From Adineta vaga (Eukaryota; Animalia; Rotifera), in contig CP075492.1 in the NCBI GenBank assembly GCA_021613535.1, positions 17,174,001-17,238,000 of the forward strand: a stretch of DNA of 64,000 bases. The letters are read 5' to 3'. The notes below the pieces were generated by a model that saw only the letters and a program-made list of their open reading frames with translations, did no database searches and was not told where the DNA came from. Made by a program: the position numbers and the translations under genes. Below, one piece after another: positions 11,301 to 24,002 of the stretch. Position 1 is the stretch's first letter; every line of letters starts with the position of its first letter.

Positions 11301-12929
11301 CAAATCTGTTCTTACATCGCATATCGTTTGAAAATATATAGAAGTTCGGATTAAGTTTTTTTCAATGTTTTCATCTACACCATTTGTACAATCTTCTTTC
11401 TTATCTTCAATAATTAATGATGCAAAACACTTTTCTTGTCCATTCGAATAACACTTAAAACGTTGTCGAACATCATTCAGTAAACAACTTTGATTAAATA
11501 TTTCATCATCATCAAATGGACAATCTCGTATACCATCAACAAGGCGTTGTTTAGAAATACATTTCGTTGAGTTTAAACATCGATACATAGTTGAATAATT
11601 ACAATGATCTATTTCATTCGTTGGTATCAAACATCCACGGAATATATTTTTAATAGTTTGAACAAGAGTTTTTATAGTAAAGTCTGAATCTGTACTTTTC
11701 AACCCTAACTCGGTAAAATGTCGACAAGTGAAATTATTAAACTTATTTGTAGCCGGTAGAAAATCTGAACATAGTTTTTCATCATAACACACAAATTCAG
11801 GTAGAGAAAATTGACCAAACTCGATTGATTCATTCGAATACATCAACCGCACATGTCCCAAGAGGAGAGAAACATAACGAAATTCGTATAGCATTGGACA
11901 CATGTCTTTTATACAGGTTAAATCTGAGCAAAACTCTTCACACCATTCACGATCGACTAGATTGTAGAGTTTCATGGAACAACCTGTAGCATTAGAGCAA
12001 AAATCAGCTTGCAGATGAGAAGTACGGCGATTCTCACATATGTCGATCCCATTCGTGCATTCTCCATCACCGCATGGAAAGTCATTTGGCCCTGGTCGAC
12101 ACACATGTTCTTCGCAGCGGAACACTGGGTACGAATAACAGCTACTGCTAAGATCTTGTGGCCCTGACTCGTCTGTTCTATCCAAACAATCTGGATGTCT
12201 TCCATCATCATTAAAAAATTCTATTGGAATGCATAAACCATTATGACAGCGAAATTCTTTATCATTACATTGATTGATTTCAAGTTGCCAACAATTGTTT
12301 TCATCAGAATTATCTACACATTCACTTTTTCCATTGCAAATCTCTCGCCAATCCAAACATGACAGTTTTGTTTGACAATTTAGATGTTGATAACATGTCA
12401 TTTCAGTTTTCTGCTCTATTTCATCTTTTTTTCGAAAAGCGTACTTAACAATATCATCGAACGATCTACCCATTCCATAATCAAATGTAAAACGGCATAA
12501 AGGTCCAAACCATGGTGATGTACAATTATAAAATAACATTTCTCTCCAGGATAAAAAATTTAAATCGTTATTCAAAAAAATTTCGTATCTTTCAGCTAAA
12601 TCGATCGAAGCGGACCATTGAAGTAACATATTACTAGTGATATTTTCTTCTTTTAATTTAGCAAAAGTTAAATTAAAGTCAATTGAATTTGTAGAATCCA
12701 AGTCTTCCATAAAGTTATTTTCTTCTGACGCTTGAAGGCAATATAAAGTCGACTGATACACAACAAATTGATAATCTTCATACGCATTAGTTTTATATTC
12801 AAAATTGTAATATGAAAGACAATCTTCATTTTGATGACTAATAATATTAAACCGATACTGTGTCACTGATTGAATATTCCATATGAACAAAATCCATAGC
12901 AGAAACATACTATGGATTAAAATACGCAC
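8317..12929 (-). CDS. Large rhodopsin-like GPCR with LDL-receptor class A and EGF ectodomain; one gene split by a 1-nt frameshift near 9762
   Basis: LDLa repeats (CLDWREICNGKSECVDNSDE, FRCHNGLCIP), EGF repeats, 7TM with ACVAIERA; one extra A in the A6 run joins the two ORFs (IFKKIGFVQYSLVVYVTE). Confidence 0.88.
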
Positions 12930-13160
12930 CTTCTAAAAAATGAATTATTAACTTTTTCTTCTAATAACATAGTATTATATTTAAGAGACTCATTTGACAC
13001 GTTCAACTAAACTAATAATGTGTTAAAACATCAGTTTTTTCTCTCTTTATAATACTTGATATGAATGACTTATGGAATACATTCATTTTAATGTGATTCT
13101 CGACAACTTTTTCTTTATAGCTATTTGTATTCATGCAACTATCAGGATTAATCATAGTAA

Positions 13161-13193
13161 TAGGTGTTCTCTTTATCAATACCCAACCCTCAA
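13161..13193. repeat. Intergenic palindrome P5 (eroded left arm)
   Basis: TAGGTGTTCTCTTTATCAATACCCAACCCTCAA. Confidence 0.65.
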
Positions 13194-13671
13194 CATATTT
13201 GTTAGTTTTCTACATTAATTAGTACGCAGAAAGTAACCATAGTGAAACTTCCTGAGCATAAAAGTCATATTTTATTAACAAACCGTCAGGTCTGCGAATG
13301 TCAAACATAAGAAAAAAAAGTTCGACTCGGGGAACATAATTGAAACCGACTTATGAAATCTAAAACATAAATGTCCATCGTGGTCAAAAAATCAGCCGCG
13401 GAGGTTTCGAAAAAACTGATGCCGTGACAGTACTAACAATAAAAATATATAAAACTTTCTTTTCGTACAATACCCATTAAATGTGCTGACCGAGAAGGAA
13501 ACTGCTTTTAATCTGAATCATGATACAATTATAATCTCAAGCATTAGGAATTTTAGAGATAAAAATAAAAGAAAAATTTCCAAAAATTCAACCGCTGCCT
13601 CGCCGTACCGTGACGGTAACGAAGAGTTGGCTGCCGCCATGGACATCTCTGATTTGAAATTAATATAAATC

Positions 13672-13708
13672 GGGTGTGGGTGTATCTTTCTCTTATACCA
13701 CCCAAACA
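13672..13708. repeat. Intergenic palindrome P6
   Basis: GGGTGTGGGTGTA-TCTTTCTCT-TATACCACCCAAAC. Confidence 0.75.
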
Positions 13709-13735
13709 ATTAAAAACATAATAAATATTGTTTAT

Positions 13736-14623
13736 TTATAATTGAGCAGTATGAAAAGTGATTTCACAAGTATGTTCCCAAACTTTTTTTGACATTTCTT
13801 CATTTGATACTTCCTTATTTGGGACAGTTTCGCCTTTCTCATCGATGCATCTCCAACCTTTCTCTGTCCCTAATATGCCATGTATCATAAATTCCGCACA
13901 ATCTTCAGGACTGATACCCCAGCCAAGAGCTCTCAAAGCTTTTGCAGGTACTCGAAGATAAATAGGTAAACCATTGGCTATCTTAGTTCTAACACTACCT
14001 GGAGATGCATGTATAAAACTAACATTGGCATTTTCTGGTTGAGAAACAAGATATTGAATGACAAGATCAGTAAATGCCATAGCATGATTAGCAGCTGCCA
14101 AAAACGAATAATTGTTTTTGAGTGCCATATCATTCCAATTGATTTTCGATGGATTACCTCTTTTACTATTCAAAACAAAGAGAACTTTGCCACCATGTGG
14201 AGATGATCGAAGTAATGGAAGAAGTTCTTTGACAAATAAAACTCGACCATAATAACTTACAGCCAATTTATCATCAATATTTTCTTTGGTTGGTGTACGA
14301 CCAGTTAATGTTAATATGCCTTGAGATAAAACGAGTACATCAACTGCATTAATTTGTTTAGTAATTCTTCGAATTTCAGACATTAATGAAACATCGGCAC
14401 GTATAAAATTTCCATTCGAACCTAATTGAGATAGGATTTCATCGGCAGCAGATTGGTTACGTCCAATAATTGTCACATGAGCGTCCGGACAGTGTTTACG
14501 GTATGCAAGAGCGATTCCACAACCAATACCAGATGTACCACCAACTACGACGACATGTAGAGATGGTTGTAAAGAAGACAATATTTGTGTGTTCGAGGCA
14601 GCGACAGCATGTACATCACACAT
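13736..14623 (-). CDS. Short-chain dehydrogenase/reductase, fungal-like, intronless
   Basis: Rossmann motif VVGGTSGIG, IIGRN, LVLSQG..GRTPTKENIDDKLAVSYYGR, FIHASPGSVRT. Confidence 0.88.
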   Translation of the reverse strand: MCDVHAVAASNTQILSSLQPSLHVVVVGGTSGIGCGIALAYRKHCPDAHVTIIGRNQSAADEILSQLGSNGNFIRADVSLMSEIRRITKQINAVDVLVLSQGILTLTGRTPTKENIDDKLAVSYYGRVLFVKELLPLLRSSPHGGKVLFVLNSKRGNPSKINWNDMALKNNYSFLAAANHAMAFTDLVIQYLVSQPENANVSFIHASPGSVRTKIANGLPIYLRVPAKALRALGWGISPEDCAEFMIHGILGTEKGWRCIDEKGETVPNKEVSNEEMSKKVWEHTCEITFHTAQL

Positions 14624-15231
14624 GTTATACAACGATTCAAAATCTAAAAATTTTGTTTTTCATAAATCATTTATAGTATGAATGAATGCAGAGAAATCTA
14701 TATTAAGTGTATGAGAAGAGAACGACAACATTATTTTTTGCATCGCCGTAGAGAACAGAGAACAGAAAAAAAATATGAAAACGAGATGGTTATATAGGAT
14801 AGAAAAAGGCGAACGTCTGTACTTCTTATACTTTATCGTACTTCTTCGTACGCCTCTTATTTTAAATAAAGCTCCGCAGTAGATAAATAATAAAAAATGT
14901 TGCATAGCAAGAAAATCAAACCGAAAGGAAATATTGGACGACAAGCTAAAAGTAGAAATGTTTTTTTCTATGAGTCATGTGAAATATAAACTTCCAACTC
15001 CAATTAATTATACAATATCTTAAAAAACACCCATACAATAATATTCAATAACGTATATTATAGTTACATCAGATTGTTTTCCATCGTTAGGACAAGCAAT
15101 TCGAACAAATAATTTCAAAAATGGTTAAAAATATTTCTCTTGAAATTTTTGTCATAGATGTTTCCACAGTGGAAGAACATTTCATTGAATCTAGTATACA
15201 CACTGGGTCTTGTCTCATATGTAAATCGTTT

Positions 15232-15990
15232 TTAGTGTACTCAAAAAGTGAGTACACTACTATAATCGGTCTGTATGTTCGTCCGTCCGTTTACACGATA
15301 ACTCTTCACAACTACATTCGATTGAACTGAAACTTTGTGCACATATTTGTCTCATTAATATCTCGGTCGAGTTCGAAGATGAGAATGATCTCTCGAGAAA
15401 TGGCTGAGTTATCGAAAAAATTGTCATTTTTCACCAGACTATCCCTGAGGGGGATACAGGGTTTTTTGAAAAAAACATTTTCTCTCAAAATTATTTAAAA
15501 CATGTATGAATCAACTCAGTTTTTAACGCTGATTCCGAATCTGATATTGGTTTTGAGTCAAATCGTATAGTTTACTAATGAAAAAATGCGCAAAAACTGT
15601 ATTTTAACATCGAATTGCCTAAATACGTTTCATATGATGTGTAGTTTGGGAGTTTCCCAAATGCTTGGTTTTGTAGCTAGTCGGAACGACTATCAAAAGA
15701 GAAAAATCTGATCTCCAAATCTATTGATATTGATAATCTAGTATGAAAATGCTGATATGTGTATCTATCATAGATCTTTTATAGATTCATTAGGTTGCAT
15801 ATGACCGTTATTCCGATAGATTCAAATAAAAAAATTCATTCACAACTCAGCATGAGAAATCTTGCTCCATCGAAACATTTCTCGTGGTAATTTTGATGCG
15901 TAGACATTCTAGAATGGTCCATCTCTCCCATACACTTTTTGCAGTACACATAACTCTCGAATAAAATCCGAAGTTTCCGCATTTTTTTAA
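15232..15990 (+). mobile_element. Putative Helentron-associated non-autonomous element (HINE/DINE-1-like)
   Basis: 5' palindrome TAGTGTACTC-AAAAAGT-GAGTACACTA, then GTCTGTATGTTCGTCCGTCCGT microsatellite; inverted subterminal copy CACTTTTTGCAGTACAC at 15933-15949; T-rich flanks. Confidence 0.55.
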
Positions 15991-16080
15991 TGAACGTATA
16001 TCTTAGTACTCAGAAAAACGCAGATATATTACATTGTATATTTTTTATCACTTCCCATCGATCTTTTATTCCGTATCCAT

Positions 16081-16777
16081 AAAAAACATCTCTAGAGTAG
16101 ATAAACTTTAAAATCATATATGTGGATATTTACACTAACATAAAAACAAATACTGCTGGTTTTTGATACTCTTTTCATAAATATAGGAGAAAAATTTATT
16201 CTTCTACTGCAGAAAATGCTCAACTTTGTTTTGTATGATGTATATATCAGTATAATGTCAGTGGAAGAATATTTCTGTTAATTGAAAAGGTAACAACTTC
16301 AATACTATGCATGCTGACATGAAAAAATGAGTAATGCAAAGCAAAAATAGGATAAATAGGTAGGTTTTTTTTCTTGTGCTATAAAAATCGATACAGCAAA
16401 CGTTAAGAAACTATACTATATTGTTGATGAGTTTTCAGAAAAGGTATGAGTATTCACTACTGCACTAGACAACGACAAAAAGAATAAATAAAAAATTGAT
16501 GTCGTAAAATAATAAACTATGTGATTAGCACCGCCGATATCTATAGCTAAGCTTAATAATCAATTCAGTCAAATTGTTTCTAACTAGCAACAGAAAATTC
16601 CACTATTAACTTTCATTACAGAATAAAATACCAACATTTTCACTATTTGCATGACGTAAAATATTCTTGTTTTCTTTCTAATCTTTAATGCATTTGACAA
16701 TGTAAAGAAATTCTTTCTTGTGGGTGGGTGTGATTGTATCCCTTCTTCTTTCATACGCTCACTCACACGAACACCCT
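16081..16777 (+). repeat. Local duplication copy B (of 2115-2775)
   Basis: See copy A; carries a ~90-nt insertion and lacks ~65 nt relative to A. Confidence 0.9.
16718..16777. repeat. Intergenic palindrome P7 (same spacer as P2)
   Basis: TTGTGGGTGGGTGTGA-TTGTATCCCTTCTTCTT-TCATACGCTCACTCACACGAACACCCT. Confidence 0.85.
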
Positions 16778-16841
16778 GTTTTTATATTTTATTCGCTAAA
16801 TCAAAATAGAAAAGATATTTTTTGATGTGTCACTATAGTTA

Positions 16842-17510
16842 TTATTGTTCGTTTTCTTCAAGAATCCAAGTGAAAGGATCATCCTCTTGTTGTCTAGGAA
16901 CAAATTCGGCTATTTTGTGCGTCCATTTGACTAATTCTCGATCGTAATGTGACATTAAAAACGCAGCCATCATGTCCATACCAGCCGTAATGCCACTACT
17001 CGTCCAAAATTTACCATCAACTGTCCATCGTCCTCTTTCTGTCCAATGAACTTGAGAAAAATTTTGAACAGCAAATTTTTGGACACTCTTATTTGTTGAA
17101 GCTTTTTTACCATTGAGAACACCAGCAGCAGCAAGAACAATAGATCCAGTACAAACGCTCATCACAATATCTACTTCTTGAACACATTTTTGAATAAATT
17201 CAACTAATTCTTGTGTAAATTGAGTATCTAGAGGAACGCCAGGTAGAAAAAGAAGATTCAGAGGTGGACATGTTGCATAAGTACATGTTGGTAGTTGTAA
17301 GGGTCCTGAAGCAGGAGCAACTGGTTCAAGAGAATCAGAAATATAATGAAAATTCATAGGTATTGCTTTTGATACATATGATGATGGAGCAGCTATTGCT
17401 TGGAGATATTTAGGAGTTAACATTGTTAATGAATCAATGGAACCTGCTGCATCTAAGAGTTGATACGATTTCAATAAAATAATACCAACTTGAAGAGGTA
17501 TTGCCGTCAT
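16842..17510 (-). CDS. DJ-1/PfpI family protein (isonitrile hydratase-like), intronless
   Basis: YQLLDAAG, LLFLPG, nucleophile SVCTGS, GRWTVDGKFWTSSGITAGMDM, C-terminal DDPF. Confidence 0.9.
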   Translation of the reverse strand: MTAIPLQVGIILLKSYQLLDAAGSIDSLTMLTPKYLQAIAAPSSYVSKAIPMNFHYISDSLEPVAPASGPLQLPTCTYATCPPLNLLFLPGVPLDTQFTQELVEFIQKCVQEVDIVMSVCTGSIVLAAAGVLNGKKASTNKSVQKFAVQNFSQVHWTERGRWTVDGKFWTSSGITAGMDMMAAFLMSHYDRELVKWTHKIAEFVPRQQEDDPFTWILEENEQ

Positions 17511-17823
17511 ATTCGATATTGGTTGTAACAAAAAATGAAAGCAAAGTAAAAGAATCCACGTGCTTTATAAACATACCTGTATATAAATCTTTTCTGAAGA
17601 AAGAGGAAAAGAAAAGAAAATGCACTCCTTCTATAGAAAACTAATAACATGTGTATTGTATACAGAGCTGAGACGCATGTACGAATTACATGTTGTTACA
17701 GGCATGATGTACATACACATGCCTTCACACACTCCTCTCCATCTATTTTTCTATTATCATTAATACATTCTTTTTTATAACGTTTTGAATGAAGACATCG
17801 CTAATAATCGTATCTAAATATAG

Positions 17824-17842
17824 CACCCACACCCATCCTCAA
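17824..17842. repeat. Palindrome P8 (right arm only)
   Basis: CACCCACACCCATCCTCAA. Confidence 0.8.
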
Positions 17843-18488
17843 CTTTCATCGCAACTATTCGGTTGATAAACGCATTCTCAAACACACAGATGCTCGTGCT
17901 TCTCTCGGCATATTACAAGTCACTACAATAAAGAATAAACATCATTTTCCTGGCAGACCGATAGCTCTGATATGTATTTTCGGATTTATTATACCAATTT
18001 CTCAAATAGTTTTTATTTATTAATTATCAATAATTTGAAAGCGATTTGTAGTCGTGTTCAGCTTGTATCAAAAATTGTTATCATCACACAGAACGTTCTA
18101 ACCGATCAATTTATTCTACTTTTCACACTTTTTGTTTTTTTGTTTTATCTAGATTATCGTGTTACTTTTCTATCTTCACCTGCCCATTTCGACACCATAT
18201 TGTCAAGAATAAAATAGATGAATACTCTATCAAGCTTGGAATTGCAACTAAAGTTGCTACAATAAAATATAATGACTACGAATTTTTTAATAATGTAGAA
18301 GTAGGTCTCACGATAGCAACTACTTACTATGAAGAACAACCAGAAATCAAAACACTAAACAGTGGTAAAGAAGATAAATAATAAGACAATTATCAGAGAC
18401 TGTTTAATCACGAAGCATCATTCAGAAAAAGCTATATTATCAATCCAGATATAAATTCAATGTGACACAGAAGTCTCAGTTCAATTAG

Positions 18489-18526
18489 TGAGGGTGCATA
18501 TTGAATCTCATCCACTCTCACCCTCA
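18489..18526. repeat. Intergenic palindrome P9
   Basis: TGAGGGTG-CATATTGAATCTCATCCACTCT-CACCCTCA. Confidence 0.75.
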
Positions 18527-19348
18527 TGATACTTTGTTTCACACATCAAAACACATCAAGCTTAAATAGAGCGACTCCTTATTTATATCATAACAGGCAG
18601 TTTACGTTTTACATGGGGTTCGTGCATGGAATTCTGTGTGGGCTGATGCTCACAATATATTATAATATCCGTGTACAGTTTTGGAAGATCTTAAGAATTA
18701 CTTAGAATCGGACTTCTCACCTTCAACCAGTACCATACGATAGCAAGGACAAGAATAACCAATCCATTAAGGATGAATGTCAAGAAATGTAAGGACCCGT
18801 GTTTTAGTTTTTCCAAGCAGTCAATTAAATGAAGTATTCAAGATTGGATTCAAGAAGCTTTAGCTCTGGTTGTTATAAATAACGGTCTTACGGTCTCCGT
18901 CTTTGTTACACATTTATTTTATTTTATTTTCATTTTTTAATATTTTTTATATGCTGGTCACAGTATTTTTCAAGACTGTTTCAGAGTTTGGTATGCTACT
19001 CCTCCCTGTGCTTAATATCATGTATGCAATCACCGTCTGAATAAAAATACGAATACGTCTATGTGCATTGCGCCACACATTTCATACGTGAGTGTCAGAC
19101 TCGTCTGCCATCTAGTTTTAACGTACAAATTTATGATTGAAAGATGTACAGAAATATAAAATACATAAAAAGGAAGAAACGAAAAAAAAACTGTTTGGTA
19201 TTATTTTGTATAGAAAGGTTTTTTTTGATTGATCATTATTATTCTAAAGAAATTGACCTTTATTTTTTTTGCGTTCTGTCGATAGAATAATATAATATTG
19301 ATTTGCGTGTGACAAGCACAACTCTGAAATAAAACATAAAAACATCGA

Positions 19349-19951
19349 ATGAGAAAAGAAAGAGATTCAGAACCGTTTTTGGTCGACCCATCCGAACAAA
19401 GATCTTTCAACAAAAATCAATCTCAATCATGGGTTCATTATTTAGTTGGTAGTGTTGTATCACCATCGCATATTGGTTTAATAATTCTTTTTATTCTTCT
19501 TTTTATTCCAATAACTGTACTTATTATTGGAATAAATTATCATGATCCACGTTATTGTTCAATTGAACCTCGTATTCCTATATTCTTAATCGTTCATGGA
19601 AGTGTTCTATTTGGATGGCTTACTCTTGTTATTATCGTTTCAATAATAATAATACAAATGGCTAAAGAAAATTCTTCATTTACTTCACCAATTCTTGTAA
19701 TTATATTCAGTATATTTATTATTCTTTCCACGATATTTTTAATCATTTGGACAATAGTTGGAAGTGTATGGACATTTAATGTATATCAATGGGTAACTTA
19801 TTATTATGATACACAAACAAATTTTTATCCATATAATTATTGTCAACCAGAATTATATCGATTTACATTTACTTATATTATTTTATCTTATATTATCGTA
19901 TTTTTTCAATGTTGTTATTATTGTTTTAATAATAAGTTGATTTTACGATAA
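19349..19951 (+). CDS. Four-TM membrane protein, TMEM272-like
   Basis: IIG..Y...CSIEPRIPIFLIVHG, WTIVGSVWTF, YCQPELYRFTF pattern. Confidence 0.75.
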   Translation: MRKERDSEPFLVDPSEQRSFNKNQSQSWVHYLVGSVVSPSHIGLIILFILLFIPITVLIIGINYHDPRYCSIEPRIPIFLIVHGSVLFGWLTLVIIVSIIIIQMAKENSSFTSPILVIIFSIFIILSTIFLIIWTIVGSVWTFNVYQWVTYYYDTQTNFYPYNYCQPELYRFTFTYIILSYIIVFFQCCYYCFNNKLILR

Positions 19952-20316
19952 ACAATGACGTGATTTTTTTCAGGACAATATTTTTATCATATATTTTCTG
20001 TATATATATTTGTTTGAATCGCTTCTTTTTTTTCGAGTTGTAAATAAAAAAAACATTGATTAAAATCAACTATTTACAATTGAATTCTTGATTATTCAAG
20101 TTTGTTTCCTATAAGATGAGCGGGTCACATATTTATACATTAGTCTTACTTTCATATTTTCGTTTACTATAACGGTACTTTAATCATGAGTTTTTATAAA
20201 GCAATGAAACGTGCAAAAAGATATCGACCAATACAGGCCTAAGAAATTCTTATTAATCGAATTCAAACTGCTTGTTTTATAATGCACTGACAATTTCAAT
20301 AGAAAGAAAACTTATT

Positions 20317-22445
20317 TTATTGAAATCTTCTAATTATAAACGAAGAAACAATCGGCCAAAAGAGAGATATTAAAATAAAACAAATAACGGATTTGTTGGT
20401 TTTGAAAACTTTATCAATCATAAGACAAGCAGTTATATAAGAGAGCAAATATCGTATAAAGAAGGCTAGTAAGAAATGCATTGAAAAGAAGGGAAATACA
20501 AATTTATCGAATACAGGATCAATGTAAAAATTGGCTATCATTATAATCAAGGTTAATAAAAAGAATGAAAGATATCTTTAATTTCATTCCATAAATATTT
20601 AAATCGTGGTTGTTGGTAATTAGACGAAATTCCATTCGGAAACTAAAAAGATCCTTAAAATCGATCTAATCATATTTGATACGATATTTCTACTCACTCT
20701 TTCTCCCAACCATATATGGATATGTTGAGGTACAGTAATTTTTTGTCCATAGAAATCAACATGACATGTTGCGGAACAATTAAAAAATTGTTTAATATCA
20801 TTAAGAATTAAATTTGGCACAAGTTCTGAACATCTTGATGCATTGTTTACTGAATGATGAATATAAAATGTTGCACTTGTTAATCTTGGAAATTTTTCAA
20901 TACAATAAATTATATCTGATCTTGATCTAATCGGCCATGTATCTAAATGTTCAATAAACGGAAATGCATGACATAATTTGTTAGGATAATACATAGGTTC
21001 ATTCTGGAAAAGGTATGTTTTGAATCTTAATGTACGAATTTGTTTTAATTGTACACTTTCTAGATGTCCTTTCTCTAACAATAATTCGAGTGGACGAGTC
21101 ACGCCTTGAAAATTTAAAATACGAAGATTTGGCATGTGATATTGCATATATTTTAATAAATAATATGAATTAGATAAAAAAGTTAAAGTTTGAAGTTGAT
21201 TGATATCAATAATTGATGATAAAATTTCAAATGAATCATTCCAATGTAGTCCAAGATGTTTAATTGAAGTAAATCGAAATGTATTTTTATTAAGAACAAT
21301 TCGTCTTTGAAATATTGAGTATTTGGATCGATAGAGAAGTGTATTGTTTGGTATTGTTGAATATAAAGATGTTTCAGAGGTTAATTTCATATACGGAAGA
21401 GCAAAATCAGATACGGAAACAGTGAATAAATGTTTATCATAAAATGCAATAAACCAATGTTTTTCTTCAATCCAAAATGATGTTCGAAATGAATCGAGAC
21501 TTTGTTCAGTTAGATTATCTTGTACAAGAAGTAGAAAATTGAATGACATTAAAGATTGTGTAATCGTTTGCCAACGATATCCATCAATTATACTCATATC
21601 GGATAATTCATATTCATTCTTAATCTCTAAATGAGTTAAATTTGGAAAATTTTATAAGAATTGCTCTATATTATCCATGGATATGTTTGTATCTATTGAT
21701 CACAATAATTTGAATTATTCTTACCTGAAATTATTAAATAAAGTCGTTTTAATAAATGACATGATTGTATTTGATGAAAATTTTGAAAAGAATTGAGAAA
21801 CAAAGTAACACATTGAAGCTGAGGTGAATGTTGAAAAATTTCGTTGATATGATCAAATGATGATGAATATAATCTTAATTGATGTAAATATGGAAAATGA
21901 ATTAAAGTTAATTCATCGGAATAATATGTACTTAAATATTTTAATTTAGGTAAAATTTCTGGATAATGTTTTGGTAAAATTGAATAAATTTTATCATCAA
22001 ATTCGTTGAATATATTGTCTTTGTTAATAAGAACTCCTTTTCCACCAGAACTATCAAATGAAAGTGAATGTAATCGATTAAGTTTATATAAATTAGATAA
22101 AATTCGATGTAATGGCTCATGTTTGATTCTTATCAATGAAAGATATCGTAAATTTATTAATTTTTCAATCTGAAAATAACTTAAAAATAATTTTGATTGA
22201 CCAATAGTATCATTTTGATCAGAAAGTATTAGAGATATTATTTGTTCAGGAGGAATTTGTTCACAAATAAGATCAAAATCTGATTTTCGAATTGATTGAA
22301 AATTAATTCGATAAGTTGAATAAAATTTTAGAATTAAATCAATTCGATTGTTAAGATTTGAAAATAAATGAAGAATTTCATGAGCCCAAAAATATTCAAA
22401 TAAAACATGAAATAATTCCGCTGGACATCGTTCAAATTCATTCAT
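20317..22445 (-). pseudogene. F-box-like/LRR protein of an expanded family, with an in-frame stop
   Basis: N-terminal FERCPAELFHVLFEYF..EILHLFSNLNNRID; intron ~21693-21724; TAA at 21652-21654 in EQFL*NFPNLTHLE; DGYRWQ and FRTSFWIEEKHW motifs. Confidence 0.75.
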
Positions 22446-22613
22446 TTTTGTATATAGTAGAAATCTCTACGGCAAGTTAACATGTTGAAAAGATATGCAA
22501 CATTCTCTTGCATTCGACAACACTCGATGTTTTGTTTAATTGTGATAAGAACAGCATAGAGAGTTACTTCAAAGAATAAATAGACATGATGATGTTTTGT
22601 CTTATATCGTATC

Positions 22614-22669
22614 TTGAGAATGTGGGTGTAGGTGTGAAAGAAGAGGAGATACCCACATCCACACCATCA
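22614..22669. repeat. Intergenic palindrome P10
   Basis: TTGAGAATGTGGGTGTAGGTGTG-AAAGAAGAGGAGAT-ACCCACATCCACACCATCA. Confidence 0.85.
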
Positions 22670-23029
22670 TTTTGCTTTGTTCTAAATTATATAGATGCTG
22701 TAGTTCCCTATGACTGACAGAGATATCGTTTTTTTTAAATATTCTATTTGCATGGAAAAGAAAAAACTAAATAATGAGTATTTTCAAGTACAAATGAAAA
22801 GAAAATGAAACGAGGCAGTGACAACAACATGATCTGCATAAATGTAACATCTTGGATGTGATAGAAAAAAGAATTTTTGTAATGTTGTTTATGTGTTCCT
22901 GATTTTCCTGTAAAATGTTTCAAGAGAATAATTGCTACCAGAAAGCAATAAACATCATATCATATTCTCACGCCTACTTATAAATATAGATAATAGACAA
23001 ACATTTTCTCCATCAAATCATTGAGCAAC

Positions 23030-24002
23030 ATGCTCGCGAGAGTAATAATTAATTTTCTTGTTTATCATACAATGACATCGGTGACGATGCCTGTTGATGT
23101 ATACAGAAATTCTTATTTTGAACCAAGCGATACGCGCTACGTGCTAAGTAATCTTTCGTCAATCAGTTCGATTAACGATTGTCTTTGTATGTGCATTAGT
23201 AATATGATCTGTTATACAGCTGCATACTATGGTATTAATCAAAGATGTATACTTTTCTTTGCTCAATTAAATCTAGGGCAGTTACGAGTGGCGTCGACTA
23301 GTGTTAATGCAAGTGTTTATAGTTTTGGAAACAGAATTAATGAAAGTGAGTAATGAGAACTAATTTTTATACATTATGGTCATTCTCTACTTACATTTTT
23401 CATTTATATCTTCAAAAAAAACTTAATTTTCTTTTTCTTTTATAACAGCTCTGACATTTCCTAAACAAACAAATGAGACTGTGTACAGTATATGGAATAC
23501 AACTGCAGGTGGTGATAGTGTATTTGCAATAGCTGGTGGTGTTTCTGGTTCATATTGGGGAACTCAGCCGCCAGCAAAAGCATTTGACGGTATTCTTACT
23601 ACGGGATATTGCAACCATGGCGTGTGTAATTCCACTTCTGGAAGAATGGTATGCGGAGAAAAGACTGGCTTCTATCTAAAAATGAGTAGTACACCAAAGA
23701 TTCTTGCGGCATTTCAAATAGGTGCATGCTCAGAGGTAGGGGGTCGGTCGCGCGATCCCATGACAATTACCATCGAGGGTAGCAATTTAAATGGATCCGT
23801 TCTCACTCTTGGCTCTAGTTGGACTTTGATATATAATGGTACTTCAGGCCTCATAACAGATCCTGGAAGAGCAGCGTGGGGCAAGTTGCAGGTACTTTCT
23901 AATCCTTCAATTCCATTCGCAAGCTATCGTCTCCTTGTTACTTCAAAACAAGGTACTGGCACTTGCGTATCGTATAGTGAAGTTCAGTTCATTTTTTATT
24001 GA
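23030..24002 (+). CDS. Secreted protein: PAN/Apple-like domain plus discoidin/galactose-binding-like domain, 1 intron
   Basis: SINDCLCMCISNMICYTAAY..NQRCILF; intron ~23347-23449; KAFDG...RDPMTITIEGSN...YRLLVTSKQG..VSYSEVQF. Confidence 0.75.
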
